Part shown: positions 47,503-61,511 of the stretch, piece by piece
Position numbering within the stretch: position 1 is the stretch's first letter
Layout: every line of letters starts with the position of its first letter
Assembly: GCA_048128005.1 (NCBI GenBank)
Contig: JBEUKZ010000104.1
Span: forward strand, 62,001-126,000
Length of the DNA: 64,000 nucleotides
Source of the DNA: Veleropilina oligotropha
Lineage: Eukaryota
Reading direction: 5' to 3'
Notes under the pieces: generated by a model
The model's database searches: none
Seen by the model: the letters and a program-made list of their open reading frames with translations, nothing else
Told to the model about the DNA's origin: nothing
Made by a program: the position numbers and the translations under genes

Positions 47503-49580
47503 GCCGAGGCTTCCCTATCCCGCTCTGCTTGCGGGATTTCGCTGGAGGTGCTTGCCTCTTTGGAGTGGGTTTATTGGCCGGAGGCCTACCACCCGAAGAG
47601 GGCTTCGCACGCTTAGAAGGCTTCGGGGCCGGGGTGGGCCCGGAGCGCTTCTTCGAGTTGGCAGGTGGACCCCGGGTGGGGAGCAGTACTGCCTTCTCGA
47701 TGGCACGGTCCTTAATGTCCGCCGCTCTCTTGTCAACAAACTCCGTGAAGTTGTCACCAAAGAGAGTGGTGGCCGAGCAAGGTACGCATCGCAACGAGCG
47801 CCGGGTGGGCTCGTCCAGCGAGGTACCTTCCAGGCAAGCATCCCTACGAAGTAGGAGGGCATTGCCTAGGACACGTCCCGTCTCCAACGCGCTGGTCTCC
47901 TGCGCGGCAGCAACCTCCTGGAGGAAGGACAGGGCAGCCTCGGTGGCGCCGGGTCCATTCTCCTGTAATACGGCTATCGCCCCGTCTAGGAAAAAATCCT
48001 GAACGGACGATAGCCGCAGAGCCCGTCGGGCGGAGCTCTCGAAAGCTTCCAAGGCGGACCAAGGAACTTTCGCTACGGAGGGAGGGTGACTGGCGGTCAG
48101 TCGACGCAACGAAGCGTCAACACGAGCCGGCTCAGTCGCCAGGCACGGGCTAGTGCATTCGAACGGGATCGCTCGAGTACTGGCCCGGAGGTACCTCCCA
48201 CTACGGAACCCCGAAGGGAACTCGTTCAGCGGGGAGGACTCCACCGGATTGCGCCCCTGAACGAGCTTGGTGATCGAGTCTACAACAAGATCCACCAGCC
48301 CGGACTGAGGTAAGGAGGGGAGCTCGGGGGCTTCCCTCGCAACAAACCGATGTGCTGCCGTCCTATGCTTGGCTACGTCTACAGCCGACCGAGTCGGTTC
48401 CGACAAGCCAAGCACCCCGCGAAGTGACGCAACAGCGTCGAGCCTTCGGCGGGTGGAGGAGGTCGGCTCCTGCGTGCCTGTAAGACTAATGTCTTCGGAC
48501 CCGACCGATTCAGGGAGGTCGGTGTGATTTGAACAGAGATCCTCGTCGGAACGAGGGTCGATGTCTATCACTGAGGCAGGAGCCGTGCTCTGCGCCATGG
48601 GCAGAAGTGTAGGTACCAGGTGCGGCTCGGGAGCCGTCGGCCAGGCCTTACACCGTTCCTCGATCCCCGCCGCGATCCATGCCTGGACGTTCTCAAAAGA
48701 GAAACCCGGAGGCAGGACGGGCGACGAACTAACAGCCGGTAGTTCTGTCGAGGTAACCGTGGCGCTAGGTAGACGGGCTGCACGGACAGGTGGTACCGAG
48801 GACCAGGGTCCACGGGCACTTGTCGAGGGGTCGAACCCGAAGGACTGGCCCGGAGGCGCAGTCAGTGGGCCGGACGACCGATAGGACTGCGGCAACAGTT
48901 CTGATCGGTCTACCACTCTGTTCGAGCGAGGCACGGACGGAAAACCGCCGTAGAACCCCGTCCCGAACGCAGCCGGTCTGTCCACGTTCTCTAGCGTGAC
49001 CACGGTGGGTGCACGGGAGAGACCGGGCCCTCTGAATGTCTCGTGAGCTTCGAGGTTGAGCGGAAAACCCCTAGGGGAAGTCGCATCGTTCTCGACCGAG
49101 GATTCAGGTTTCGCCGATTGTCCGAGTCTTAGACCTACAAGTAGGTGCCCGGCCTCTTTAAAGGCTTTCTCTGCATTGGGTCTGTCACCGTAGGAAGACG
49201 GTGAGTTTCCCGCAGAAGGACTAACTGTCCCCTTATTCTTCGAGGCCGAAGAAAAGGATGGGGATGGTCTGCCCTGTACAGCTGTTCGCTGCGCTGTCAT
49301 GTATACCTTGCTAGCCGGCAAGGTATGGCTGACTGCAGCTACTAGGCCCGGTTTTGGAGGATCGGTCGACACTCGGGTCTTTACCTGAATCTTGGGTACC
49401 GGCAAGGTTTCGGTGACTCTCCTAAGAGTCGCGGAGGTTTCGCCGGTGGATCCGGCGACAGACGTCCCCTTGTGTCGGCTGTCGGCCAGCGTCCCTGAAG
49501 CAGACAAAAAAGAAACGTTAGGTAACTTACCGGTCTCTTCCTGACCCTTCTCCGGGGGAGGACCCACCGTGGCAGTCGCC
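47498..49580 (-). pseudogene. gag: 5'-truncated gag of A4
   Basis: Open 689-codon frame lacking the ATG and the Cys/His finger. Confidence 0.88.
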
Positions 49581-52500
49581 TGTTATATTCCACAACTTAT
49601 ATACTATATAAGTAGAAACTGCGCCCTGATTTAACGTGAAATCGGGCGCCTATATCGAAATATTTGCGGAGCAAAAACAACGTCTTTCCGCGGCAGCGGA
49701 AAACTTTGAATTGATGTCATGTGACTTCTATTGTTCAGAAGTCTCACGAGACTTGGCGAAGTCTCGCTAGGGAACGTGGGGGGTAGGAGCAGGGGAGGTA
49801 ACCGTGTGCTTTTTTGGCTTGTTAACGGTGCATTATGGGACATATTCACCATTTCCGGTTTGGGCGATAATATACTATTATGGCAAGAGTAAGGACGTAA
49901 GTATGTTTGTAACTATATATCCAGGATGAGCCAGTCGTCCAGGTACATATGCACTCTGTGCCCTAACGAGTGTAGGAAGGCCCTGAAGGTCTGTACTACT
50001 CGAGTGAAGACGTACAGGGCCGCGGAAAAACCAAACGGGAGAGACCGGTATGAACGAAACGCAGATACATGGCAGTCCGTCCGTGGATCGGAATATGCAT
50101 GTATGCATCCGTCAAATATATATAGATGTTGCCCAATCCCCGGGAAGGATGGCTGTACGAATATTATGAATCATTTCCTGCCTGAACGGTTTGTATCGTA
50201 GGAAAGTGTTGAGCATCGATAGGTCGAGTATCGGTCGTCAACGGCCATCTTTCTTCGGGACCAGGAATAAGTGGCTGTAAAAACCTGGTGTGTTGGGCAT
50301 TCGAGAATAATTGCTTTCAACAAAAGTAATTCTCTGCTTGATCTATGACAGTTTGTTTGTCCGGTGTCATCCGGTCTAGTGGTGGAGACAAAGTTAGAGG
50401 TGGCTGCCGGTGAAAACACAGTTGTAACCGGCACTTACGATCGACAGAACCCACTCGCTCTTTGTGACGTTTGTCCAGTGATGGCTGAACATCAGCAAAC
50501 AAGCTCCCAAGTTGACTGGCGGGAGTGAGCGACACCATTCCTCGCAAGTGCCTGCACCCCTAGGGCTGTCTCCGCTTCACCTTGCCAGCTCCGCGTCTGG
50601 CTTGCACATGAGAGGGAGATTTCATAAAACTTTTTGAAGTAGTGTCAGTACTCGGAATCTTAAGTCCTTTCCCTTTTGAGTGATTATTCTTACCCTTCTA
50701 CTCGAAGGCCGTTGAATATGACCGCTTCTTCGAGGGCTGTGTGGTGGTAGAATTAGTAACCACAGCCTGCTCTATAGCCCGATCCTTCATTTCGCTTGAC
50801 CTCTTTTCTACAAATTGCTTGAATTTGTCACCAAAAAGAGTAGGGCAAGCTAAGAAACCTTTCAGTTTCTGTCAGAGAAGTCCCCTTTAGGAGTGAGTCT
50901 CTGCGAAGCAGAGTCGTAGTACCTAGGATCCGACTGTTCTCAAGTGCTGATTCCTCCAATGCAGTTGCGACCTCCTTAAGATAACGCAGAGCCTCGAAGT
51001 CTTCAGGTTGCTTATCTGTTGATACCAGTGTCGCTATAGCCCCATCCAGGAAGTTATCCATCGTGGAGGTATAGTGCAGAGCTCTACGGGCAAAGCTCTC
51101 TACGGTTTCCAGCGCCGCCACCGGAACCGAGACTGAGGAGGGAGTCTGGTTAATCACAAGCTTACGTTAACCAACGTTAGCCAAGACTGGTTCAACTGCC
51201 GGACAGGGTTCCGAGCACGGATACAGGAGATCACGTCTCGGCGCCCTTGGCAAGTGTCCTGGCCTCATACCACCAGGGTATTCAGGCAGGGGCTCAGACT
51301 CTATCACCTTTCGTCCCTGGACCTGCCGTTAGACTACATCAAGGGCATAGTCAACGACCCCGGACTGGGGTAGTATGAGAATTGGACATCCTCATGCTTA
51401 GAAAAGCGATCTGCCGCCGACCTGTGCCAGAGTCGGAGTGACCGACACCTCTGGTGTCCGAATGTCTAGCACCTCGCGTAGAGAACGAACAAGTTCGACT
51501 CTTGTGCGAGCGGTGGAGGCAGAGGGAGTAGGATCTGTGTCTGACTAACTGTCATCGTCGGAGTAGACCACTTCAGGTTGGTCATCATCGCCTGATACCT
51601 CTTCGACGTCCATAGGCGTCGACTAATCGCTTAGTGCGTGAGGGGTATCATTTGCAATCATGGGTTGCACCCTCTGGCTCTGTGTTCCCCGCGGAGCATG
51701 GACAGTCGATTTTTCGACAGTCGAGGAAGTCGGTGTCTTGCGGGACTCTATATCAGCTCTCACAGCCTTAACCACTGCTTCAATGTTGAAGCCAGGTGGA
51801 AGGGGAGTCTGTCTGCCAACAGCCTGTGGCTGAAACGAGTAGGGAACATTATGATATCCAGCCGTATATCGAGTCGGGTAGATCCGGGGATCGTACACGC
51901 TCTGTTGGTAGCCTGTGTTAGCCTGATACCGCAATAGTAACCCAGGAGCCCGCTATCCCATAACAGCTCGGTGTTGTGGATACGGGTTGTCCCAACTACC
52001 CAAGTTCAGTTCTTGCCCCTGGTGTGGATGGGCCTAGGGATATCTGCGGCAATGCCAGTATTCCCATCAAGGCTCATCCTTCCTCGCTCGATCGGAGCCT
52101 GCGGTTTAAACCAAGTGTGTCCGTCTCGGGCACAGTGACATGCGTTTGATTCGCAGCAATGGAGGAGGGTTGTGAGGATTCGGGCTGGTTCAAACAGAGT
52201 GGTATCAGCACCCGCGAATACCCAGCACTATCCTCGTTCGTGGTCAAGATCTTGCAAGCCGATCTCACTAAAAGTGACTCAGGGCTGAGCCCACAGACCA
52301 CCGGACATCCGAGTATGTTATCCTCCGAAGGAGAATCGCTTCCACGTACTTTAATGCCCACTGACTCCTGTATCGCACTCTGCCTCGGCTCTACCGGAAA
52401 AGCAGTTTCGTCAACAGTCTGTCCCTTACCAGAAGATTTGCATCCCTAACCTCCTTTCCCGCGGCGGGCGGGTTGGGAGGAGGGAGACAACAGGATCACT

Positions 52501-53178
52501 GGTTGGGTGGAAGTAGGTGTCGGCCCAGAGCTATCATGATCCTTCCTCGGGCAATCCATGGACTCGGAGGATCCGGCAACCCCGGCTGCGGAACTCCATG
52601 GATGGGCAGGAAAACCTCCACTGGTTTACCGTCGTCTTTACAGACGTCGCACCTGGAAGAGAAAGAACACGATCACTGAACCACGCATAGTAAGTGCATG
52701 TCAAGCGGGCCTAACTTAGTCCAGCAAGGAACCTTCCACATTGGCGTATGGCTTTAATTCAGAGAATAAAGTAGGCAAGGGTGCGATGGGAATGGACGTG
52801 TTTGACTAAGAACATTTTGTTGGTAGAATAAATTCTCGAGAAAAAAGCCTATTAATAACAAGAAATTCCACGGAATTATATGTCTCGCCCATCCCTGCTT
52901 ACTTTGAAAAGGGCCACATTTTCAGTTTGTAAAGTAAGAATTCAGTACAACATATGCAGTGCTGATCCTAATATAGTTTTTGTAAGACTTAGTTTCAGAG
53001 AAACAGAAATAAATACAATATCTTATTATTATATGCTCGAGATTAAATATATTTGACAGCCAAACCATGACAAAATAGTATCCTGGACAATAGTCTGGTG
53101 ATATAATGACTTGAACCTTGACCAGTTGACGAGGGTGATATTAGACACTGGATTCAGTCTGTTCTTGTTATGGCAATA

Positions 53179-53567
53179 TACAGGGTGGCCCGTAAGTCCC
53201 CTACCCATCCATATATCTCATGTATCCAGTGTATCTGTGTGCTGTCCCTCATTCTCGCTGCATAATATTACGCAACGCCATGTTCTGTGAGACATTTTCC
53301 TCAACATAGCAGGGGCTATTGTTCCAAATGCCGCGGTAACAGCTACCTTCAACTCATCATTAGAATTATAACATTGTTTAGACACGTCCTTTATGTATCC
53401 CCAAAGAGAGTTATATATAACCTGTATTGTTGCGCTCATGTACCCACGTACTTGTCACAACACGCTCTTCAAGTGTAAATGGGCTTTCATCTGCCATATT
53501 TTCTCTTAAAAGCACCCCATAAAAATAATAATACATGCATAACTAACTATAACATATGGATGGGTAG
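53179..53567 (-). mobile_element. Internally deleted Tc1/mariner-superfamily remnant
   Basis: TACAGGGTGG start; CCTACCCATCCATAT / ATATGGATGGGTAGG inverted repeat; transposase C-terminus-like LWGYIKD...CSENEGQH. Confidence 0.65.
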
Positions 53568-53979
53568 GCTGCCATCACAAGATACCCATGGAACAAACCA
53601 ACGGGGAAGGCAGTTTTCAAAATCCATCTGATTTTGATAATCCCAGCTTCTCAGCGACCATTAAGCTTAACAGCTTACTGTGCCTATCGGCAGTGAGCAA
53701 GTCTTACAGATAAGCATATGTCCCTTTCATCATACAAACATAATACTTACATAACGATATCTACTTCTTTTCTATCCTCAATAATATGAATATTTCAAGG
53801 CATAATGAAACTTTTCCGAATAACTTCTATAGTGTGTAGGCATAGCACAAACAAATCATGTAACTTCTTCATAATTCTTTTTTTGAGGGGGTGCACATGA
53901 GCATGAGGCGGAGGGGGGGGGGGGTGAGGGGGGGGAAAATTGGAAGGATTAATATGTAATACTATGTGCCACCCTCAGC

Positions 53980-54328
53980 TCATACACTTATGAAGCATCT
54001 ATGGTCTAAGTTTAATTGATCTAGAACACATACCTTTTGAGAAACAGAGCTAAACGCAAAAACTTAACACAGATTACTATGTTGACAAAGTCACGGTACA
54101 TAAAATCTAGGTTATATATCAAGCATTCAGTAAACAACAGTACCCATAAAGCATCTATGGTCCAAGTTATGTTGATCTAGAACATATATTTTTGAGAAAC
54201 AGAGCTAAACGCAAAACATTAACAATTGTTGACGACGCCGTTGTCGCCGACAGAAAAGCAATACCTATAGTCTCTTTCCCTACGGGCGAGACAAAAATTG
54301 GTCTCTTTCCCTACGGGCGAGTCAAAAA
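53980..54328 (-). repeat. HINE-like fragment with duplicated terminal hairpin
   Basis: Two ~155-bp units, a GACGACGCCG microsatellite, and GTCTCTTTCCCTACGGGCGAG present twice. Confidence 0.55.
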
Positions 54329-56879
54329 TGAAAATAAATATAGGCACTGTTGTTCTAAGTAATAACCTCTGGTTGTAAAAAAACTGGTGCAGAGACCAGG
54401 TCAGAAGGTCAAACACAAGATGCTAAGCTTTTATTGGTGATGTGAAGGGAATCTTAGTCCTTCTGAAGAGCTCAGCAGGTAAACCTGATAAAACAAAAGT
54501 TAAGCAAATAACTTTAAATTAAATCAAGAGGCTGTACAGTGTTAACAATTATTGCATTGCAACAATTCAATCAATAATAAATATTGGTTCGATCTTACTT
54601 GAGAATCTGGAACCCGTTACATGTACTATTATTATTAGGCCTGCTACGAACGCCAAACAATGGAGGAAGCCGGCCCTTGATTGTTGCTGAGGCGTCGCGT
54701 CACTGCTTATGCTCCAGAAGACACAACGCTTGAATAATCGCCAATACAATAATCCCAGATATGGTTCACTAGTGATTGTTAGTTGGTCCGATTTTATTTG
54801 GCGCCATCACATATATCCAAGAAACACTTCCGGTGTCGCTTGAATTATTCAGTAAGCATAAAAAAATCGTACAGTGTCTATTGCAGTGGTTGATCAATGG
54901 CCGAAAAGGTCCGGCGCAATCACTCAATATACATAAATATCCAAGAAGCACCATGATAGTGGCTTGAATAGTCTGGTATAATCCACAATATACGATATAA
55001 ATACTCCCAAATAAACCTAAACTACATAATATGCTAGTTTCAAGGTTAAAAGTACGCGACTTCAGGAGCGATAAATTAATCCGAAGTTCACTCGTGAACG
55101 ACGGGGAGAAAATATGAGGAACAATAGCTTTACCGCCAAAGCTATATTCGGAAGGGTCGCGTCATACGTAGATCCCCCGGCGACTACCGAACTATACCGA
55201 GGGGTCACGGAAAGGGACGAGTGATGCCAGTTATAGGAAATCTTTTAGATTTTCGAGGAAAAACCCTTTTATCAACGATATTTTACTCCCCTGGGGCAAA
55301 TCTGATAAGGAAATTTTGCAATTGTAAGAAGGGTACAGTTACTTGTGTAATAACATATGTATTTTATTAGATTGTGCTAAATCTATTCTAACTACAGTCT
55401 ACTTGTTTTTATCTCACCGGGGACCTAAGTCCCTGATGTCTATTCAAACTACTATTTAATTAGCCAACATCCGACTCTTAAAACCGATTATAACATTTTT
55501 TGGTAATTCCGTAGAAAGGATCCCTGTTATCAGATGGTGCTTGTACTGCATTCAGCCAGCGTCTCTCATTATCAATCTTCTGAACACAGTTTGTTCTCAA
55601 CGTTGCTTAAGGCCCCATCACACCGCAGCTACGTCAATGAAGATCTTTCTGCGCCCATGAAAAAATGTCAGAACGCAGTGGGAACACCTAGAACCTACTG
55701 AGACCGCAGTGGGAACTTTTATTGACATGACATGGTATCCATGGTCTCTGGAGACCGATTTTCTGCTACTTGGACTTTGGGCATGTTCAAAACCCACGTA
55801 GCACGAACGCGGTCTGAACATAATGCAGTAATGACCTTCTTAGGACCTACTAACAGCGCCATTGCCGTATGATAGACGTAGCGAACACGTCATATTGACG
55901 GTTAGAACGTAGCAACAACTCTGTGACAACTCCGTCCAATGTCTACTGTGCGTCCACTACGCCAATTCAGTTGTCACTACGTCATCTTTAAGACAGCGCT
56001 ACGTCCATCCTACTCTACAGAAGACTTCATGAAGTGAATGGTACGTTATTACTGAGCTGTACAAGTTCACGGCACGCCCAAGAAATTTATATCATGCCCA
56101 CAGAACATCCATACACCGACAGATCTACGTTCTTATCACGTCCATGCAAAATAGTATAAATAGCAGTTCCGTCTATCCACTGGTATCAGTGGCACGGATG
56201 TAGCATGAACTGGACAATTTTACTTTTTCTTTGATTTTCTCGAAGACTACGAAGTTGTCGCAGAGTCCTAGCAATATTTTTAAAATTCAAGAACGCAGTG
56301 GGAACTTCCTTCGGTGTGAAGGGGGTAATAACTTGGTGTGATCTGACGAAAACCAATAATTTCAACACATTTTTACTGTATCCAATTTCATTATAATGAT
56401 ATAATGGATGTCATATTATCCATATTATTTTCACGGGAGGAATATTTAATCTCCCGAAGAGTTTCTAGAGTACCAGGGCTGTTAACACTAGTAACATGTA
56501 TAAGCGCTATTCTATAATTCGGTCTTAGAATGTCCAGCGTACGTTATGCGATTCCCTACCTTGGATCGATCCAAATCAGATTCCAAAGTAGACTGCATCA
56601 GATCAATGTTGCCAGTCGCCTCATCAAGTTTAACCTGTAACGTATGCGCAACATTAATAAGCACTTAGTCTAGCTATTACTGCTTCTGACATTTATCTGT
56701 GTCACATTTAGCATCAATAATGGAATTAGGGTTACGTTAATTATATAGATTTATTACATAAATGGTGCTGTTATTCATAAAATATTAGCATAAATATAAG
56801 CGGTAATTCACTCATCTATAATTTCACTCACGTGAGTGAAATTGCTTTCCATAATTTCACTAACGTGAGTGAAATTATT

Positions 56880-58025
56880 AACAAGAGCTGTCAGAGGACA
56901 GCATGCTCGACTATCAAAAGCTGGATCGATGAATGGAAATAATTTGGTAAAAATGAAGCTAGAGTTATGGCCCTTGTATTGCAAGTTCGCATAATGATGT
57001 GACAAGCGTATGAAGTTTCAAGGCTGTAGTGTGAACACTTTGTGAGAAAAGGCCCTTCATGCAAAATGTTAACCTGAAGTTGACTTTGTGAGAAAAGGCC
57101 CTTCATGCAAAACATTAACCTGAATTGTCTAAGTCGAAAAAGGGGAATAATTTGGTAAAATAACGAAGCCAGATTTATTACGCCTGTAATGTAAGGTCGC
57201 ATAATGACGTTGAACAAGTGTATGAAGTTTGAAAGGTGTAGTGTGAAAAATTTGTGAGAAAAGACCCTTCATGCAAAACATTAACCTGAATTGTCTAAGT
57301 CGAAAAAGGGGAATAATTTGGTAAAACAACGAAGCCAGAGTTTATCACGCCTAATATGTAAGGTCGCATAATGACATTGAACAAGTGTATGAAGTTTGAA
57401 AGTTGTAGTTTGAAATTTTTTGAGAAAAGACCCTTCATGCAAAACATTAACCTGAATTGTCTAAGTCGAAAAAGGGGAATAATTTGGTAAAATAACGAAG
57501 CCAGATTTATTACACCTGTAATGTAAGGTCGCATAATGACGTTGAACAAGTGTATGAAGTTTGAAAGGTGTAGTGTGAAAAAATTGTGAGAAAAGACCCT
57601 TCATGCAAAACATTAACCTGACTTGTCTAAGTCGAAAAAGGGGAATAATTTGGTAAAATAACGAAGCCAGATTTATTACGCCTGTAATGTAAGGTCGCAT
57701 AATGACGTTGAACAAGTGTATGAAGTTTGAAAGGTGTAGTGTGAAAAATTTGTGAGAAAAGACCCTTCATGCAAAACATTAACCTGAATTGTCTAAGTCG
57801 AAAAAGGGGAATAATTTGGTAAAACAACGAAGCCAGAGTTTATTACGCCTAATATGTAAGGTCGCATAATGACATTGAACAAGTGTATGAAGTTTGAAAG
57901 TTGTAGTTTGAAAAATTTGTGAGAAAAGACCCTTCATGCAAAATGTTAACCTGAAGTTTGACGCCAACGCCGACGACAGGGTGACTGCAATAGCTCGTAC
58001 TATTTTAGAATAGTCGAGCTAAAAA
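56880..58025 (-). mobile_element. HINE/Pearl-like element with a 166-bp tandem array (~6 units)
   Basis: AACAAGAGCTGTC..GACAGC palindrome, sub-TIR GCTCGACTAT/ATAGTCGAGC, (GACGCC)n microsatellite, terminal hairpin, A-rich junctions. Confidence 0.85.
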
Positions 58026-58227
58026 CGTGTCATAACGTAACATCATAGAAAAGTTGTCCTTGATGACGTTATAATGGCGAACTACTTTTCGACATTACAA
58101 CGTCAACAGCGTGTACGTTCGTTCTTCCACAAAAATAAACATGGCTTTACAATGTTAACATTATTTAATTGATAACTAACCCATTTATATACCGAGTCAA
58201 AAAAGAAACTTCACAAAATGTAATTTG

Positions 58228-60015
58228 AACAAGAGCTGTCAGAAGGACAGCATGCTCGACTATCAAAAGCTGGATCGATGAATGGAAATAATTTGGTAAA
58301 AATGAAGCTAGAGTTATGGCCCTTGTATTGCAAGTTCGCATAATGATGTGACAAGCGTATGAAGTTTCAAGGCTGTAGTGTGTACACTTTGTGAGAAAAG
58401 GCCCTTCATGCAAAACATAAACCTGAATTGTCTAAGTCGAAAAAGGGGAATAATTTGGTAAAATAACGAAGCCAGATTTATTACCCCTGTAATGTAAGGT
58501 TGCATAATGACGTTGAACAAGTGTATGAAGTTTGAAAGGTGTAGTGTGAAAAATTTGTGAGAAAAGACCCTTCATGCAAAACATTAACCTGAATTGTCTA
58601 AGTCGAAAAAGGGGAATAATTTGGTAAAATAACGAAGTCAGATTTATTACGCCTGTAATGTAAGGTCGCATAATGACGTTGAACAAGTGTATGAAGTTTG
58701 AAAGGTGTAGTGTGAAAAAATTGTGAGAAAAGACCCTTCATGCAAAACATTAACCTGACTTGTCTAAGTCGAAAAAGGGGAATAATTTGGTAAAATAACG
58801 AAGCCAGATTTATTACGCCTGTATTGTAAGGTCGCATAATGACGTTGAACAAGTGTATGAAGTTTGAAAGGTGTAGTGTGAAAAATTTGTGAGAAAAGAC
58901 CCTTCATGCAAAACATTAACCTGAATTGTCTAAGTCGAAAAAGGGGAATAATTTGGTAAAATAACGAAGCCAGATTTATTACGCCTGTAATGTAAGGTCG
59001 CATAATGACGTTGAACAAGTGTATGAAGTTTGAAAGATGTAGTGTGAAAAAATTGTGAGAAAAGACCCTTCATGCAAAACATTAACCTGACTTGTCTAAG
59101 TCGAAAAAGGGGAATAATTTGGTAAAATAACGAAGCCAGATTTATTACGCCTGTAATGTAAGGTCGCATAATGACGTTGAACAAGTGTATCAAGTTTGAA
59201 AGGTGTAGTGTGAAAAAATTGTGAGAAAAGACCCTTCATGCAAAACATTAACCTGACTTGTCTAAGTCGAAAAAGGGGAATAATTTGGTAAAATAACGAA
59301 GCCAGATTTATTACGCCTGTAATGTAAGGTCGCATAATGACGTTGAACAAGTGTATGAAGTTTGAAAGGTGTAGTGTGAAAAAATTGTGAGAAAAGACCC
59401 TTCATGCAAAACATTAACCTGACTTGTCTAAGTCGAAAAAGGGGTATAATTTGGTAAAATAACGAAGCCAGATTTATTACGCCTGTAATGTAAGGTCGCA
59501 TAATGACGTTGAACAAGTGTATGAAGTTTGAAAGGTGTAGTGTGAAAAATTTGTGAGAAAAGACCCTTCATGCAAAACATTAACCTGAATTGTCTAAGTC
59601 GAAAAAGGGGAATAATTTGGTAAAATAACGAAGCCAGATTTATTACGCCTGTAATGTAAGGTCGCATAATGATGTTGAACAAGTGTATGAAGTTTGAAAG
59701 GTGTAGTGTGAAAAAATTGTGAGAAAAGACCCTTCATGCAAAACATTAACCTGACTTGTCTAAGTCGAAAAAGGGGAATAATTTGGTAAAATAACGAAGC
59801 CAGATTTATTACGCCTGTAATGTAAGGTCGCATAATGACGTTGAACAAGTGTATGAAGTTTGAAAGGTGTAGTGTGAAAAATTTGTGAGAAAAGACCCTT
59901 CATGCAAAATGTTAACCTGAAGTTTGACGCCAACGCCAACGCCGACGCCAACGCCGACGCCGACGACAGGGTGACTGCAATAGCTCGTACTATTTTAGAA
60001 TAGTCGAGCTAAAAA
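58228..60015 (-). mobile_element. HINE/Pearl-like element with a 166-bp tandem array (~10 units), inside Tc1
   Basis: Same ends as 56880-58025; ORF track repeats every 166 bp. Confidence 0.88.
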
Positions 60016-60272
60016 GTAATGAATAATTTTTCTCTGATGATACATCTATGTATCCGAAATGGGATCCCTATCTTTCGACGCTAGAAAAAGGTTAGCAAAC
60101 CCCCCTCAAACTCATCCATTCCTCGTGCAAATGACGTTAGTGCCAAATCAGGTTTTGCACGTGCAGTCGGTCACGTAATCTTCACATCGATGTTGATTTC
60201 ATTTGCACTTGTTTGCATTGGCCTCAGGAATTGAAAAAACACTTTTAAACCACGGTTCTAACGGTACTTTAA

Positions 60273-61281
60273 ATGCCACGATTGTCAAATGTGCAACGTG
60301 AACGTGCCGTTGGCATGTTACACGCGGGAAGATCAGTTATTGACGTCGCAAGAGCAATGGGATGCAGCCGTCGTACTGTGTATGACTTGCAAATTCGTCT
60401 ACAAGAAACTGGCACCACTTCTGATCGCCCAAGGTCGGGTCGTCCACGTGTAACGTCACGAGCAGAAGACCGTTACATCGTCCTACGTCACCTACGTGAC
60501 AGATTTCTGCCGGCTGCACGAACCAGGGCTGAGATTTTTAGAGGTCGACTGTCCTCACAGACCATTCGAAATTGGTTGCGGGCTGCCAATCTCCATCCTC
60601 GACGTCCATATCGTGGGCCAATATTTACGCCATTTCATCGACGTCAACGTCTGCTGTGGGCCCAACGTCACCTCCGATGGACCCAAAGAGACTGGAATCG
60701 AGTCGTCTTTAGCGATGAATCAAGGTTTACCCTCAGATTCGCGGACGGCAGGCAGAGTCTGGAGACGACGTCGTGAACGGTATGCCCAGTGTTGTGTGCA
60801 GGAAGTGGACATATTCGGGGGCGGAAGTTGCATGGTGTGGGGTGCTTTCTGTGGGAACAACCGTTCTCGACTTCTGGTCATTCGTGGAAACATCACAGCT
60901 GCTGCTTATCGCGACCAGGTGCTCACCCCTGAACTCGTTCCTTTCATGGCGGCTCATGGCCCAGGTCTACATTTCCAGCATGATAATGCGCTGCCGCATA
61001 CCGCGATGTTGACACGAAATTTCCTTCAAAACGCTGGAATCAACGTCATGGACTGGCCATCAAGGTCCCCTGACCTTAATCCAATCGAGCACGTTTGGGA
61101 TGCACTTGGGAGAAGGGTTCGTGGTCTTAGACACCAACCACAGAATTTGCAGGAACTTGGCGCTGCCTTGCAAGAGCAATGGCGCAGAATCCCCAACCAC
61201 GTGTTCACAAACATCAGGCGGTCGATGAGGAGACGGTGTTTGGCAGTGGTGAATGCGCGAGGCGGCCATACACGATATTGA
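60273..61281 (+). pseudogene. Tc1 transposase with one frameshift (~60750)
   Basis: HTH and GRPR, VFSDES, FQHDNA, SPDLNPIEHVW; 34 residues between the second D and the E. Confidence 0.92.
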
Positions 61282-61511
61282 ACTGAGAAATTTCGAATTT
61301 CTATTCTTGTGACTTGACATTCTGTATACACATGTTTTGGAACGGCGGTGTAGCCTAATGGAACTGATTGTGGCACTGTCAGTGTATCGAGTACATCACA
61401 CACATCTCAGCAATGAAATAATAACAATTTAACCATTTTACCATCTCTTGTTCTTTTTTAGTGCCCAGAAGAAAGAATGTGAAGTTTCTTTTTTGACTCA
61501 GTATATAATAA

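Larger units (their letters stand above)
43284..49920 (-). mobile_element. Young DIRS family A copy (A4) with ~0.8 kb deletion of leader and gag 5' end
   Basis: Matching ITRs ~43318-43525 and ~49702-49908, ICR ~43586-43676, intact pol and YR. The junction at ~49582 joins A3-equivalent ~35750 to ~36556. Confidence 0.97.
40785..55358 (-). mobile_element. Older, decayed DIRS element of a second family (B), host to A4 and other insertions
   Basis: Imperfect ITRs ~40827-41055 and ~55106-55336, ICR ~41153-41244 with an ATAT junction, ATAT at both ends. Broken gag (50560-52750), pol (42070-43283 plus 49921-50564) and truncated YR (~41760-42060). Confidence 0.92.
58190..61503 (+). mobile_element. 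Tc1 (DD34E) transposon interrupted by a HINE
   Basis: ~26-bp TIRs TACCGAGTCAAAAAAGAAACTTCACA / TGTGAAGTTTCTTTTTTGACTCAGTA flanked by TA. Confidence 0.9.

Noticed and set aside
55418..55579. Candidate extra TRIM exon (good AG/GT, 162 nt)
   Set aside because: Stops in all three frames.
56891..59951. Repeated 84-aa ORFs
   Set aside because: Translations of the 166-bp tandem unit.
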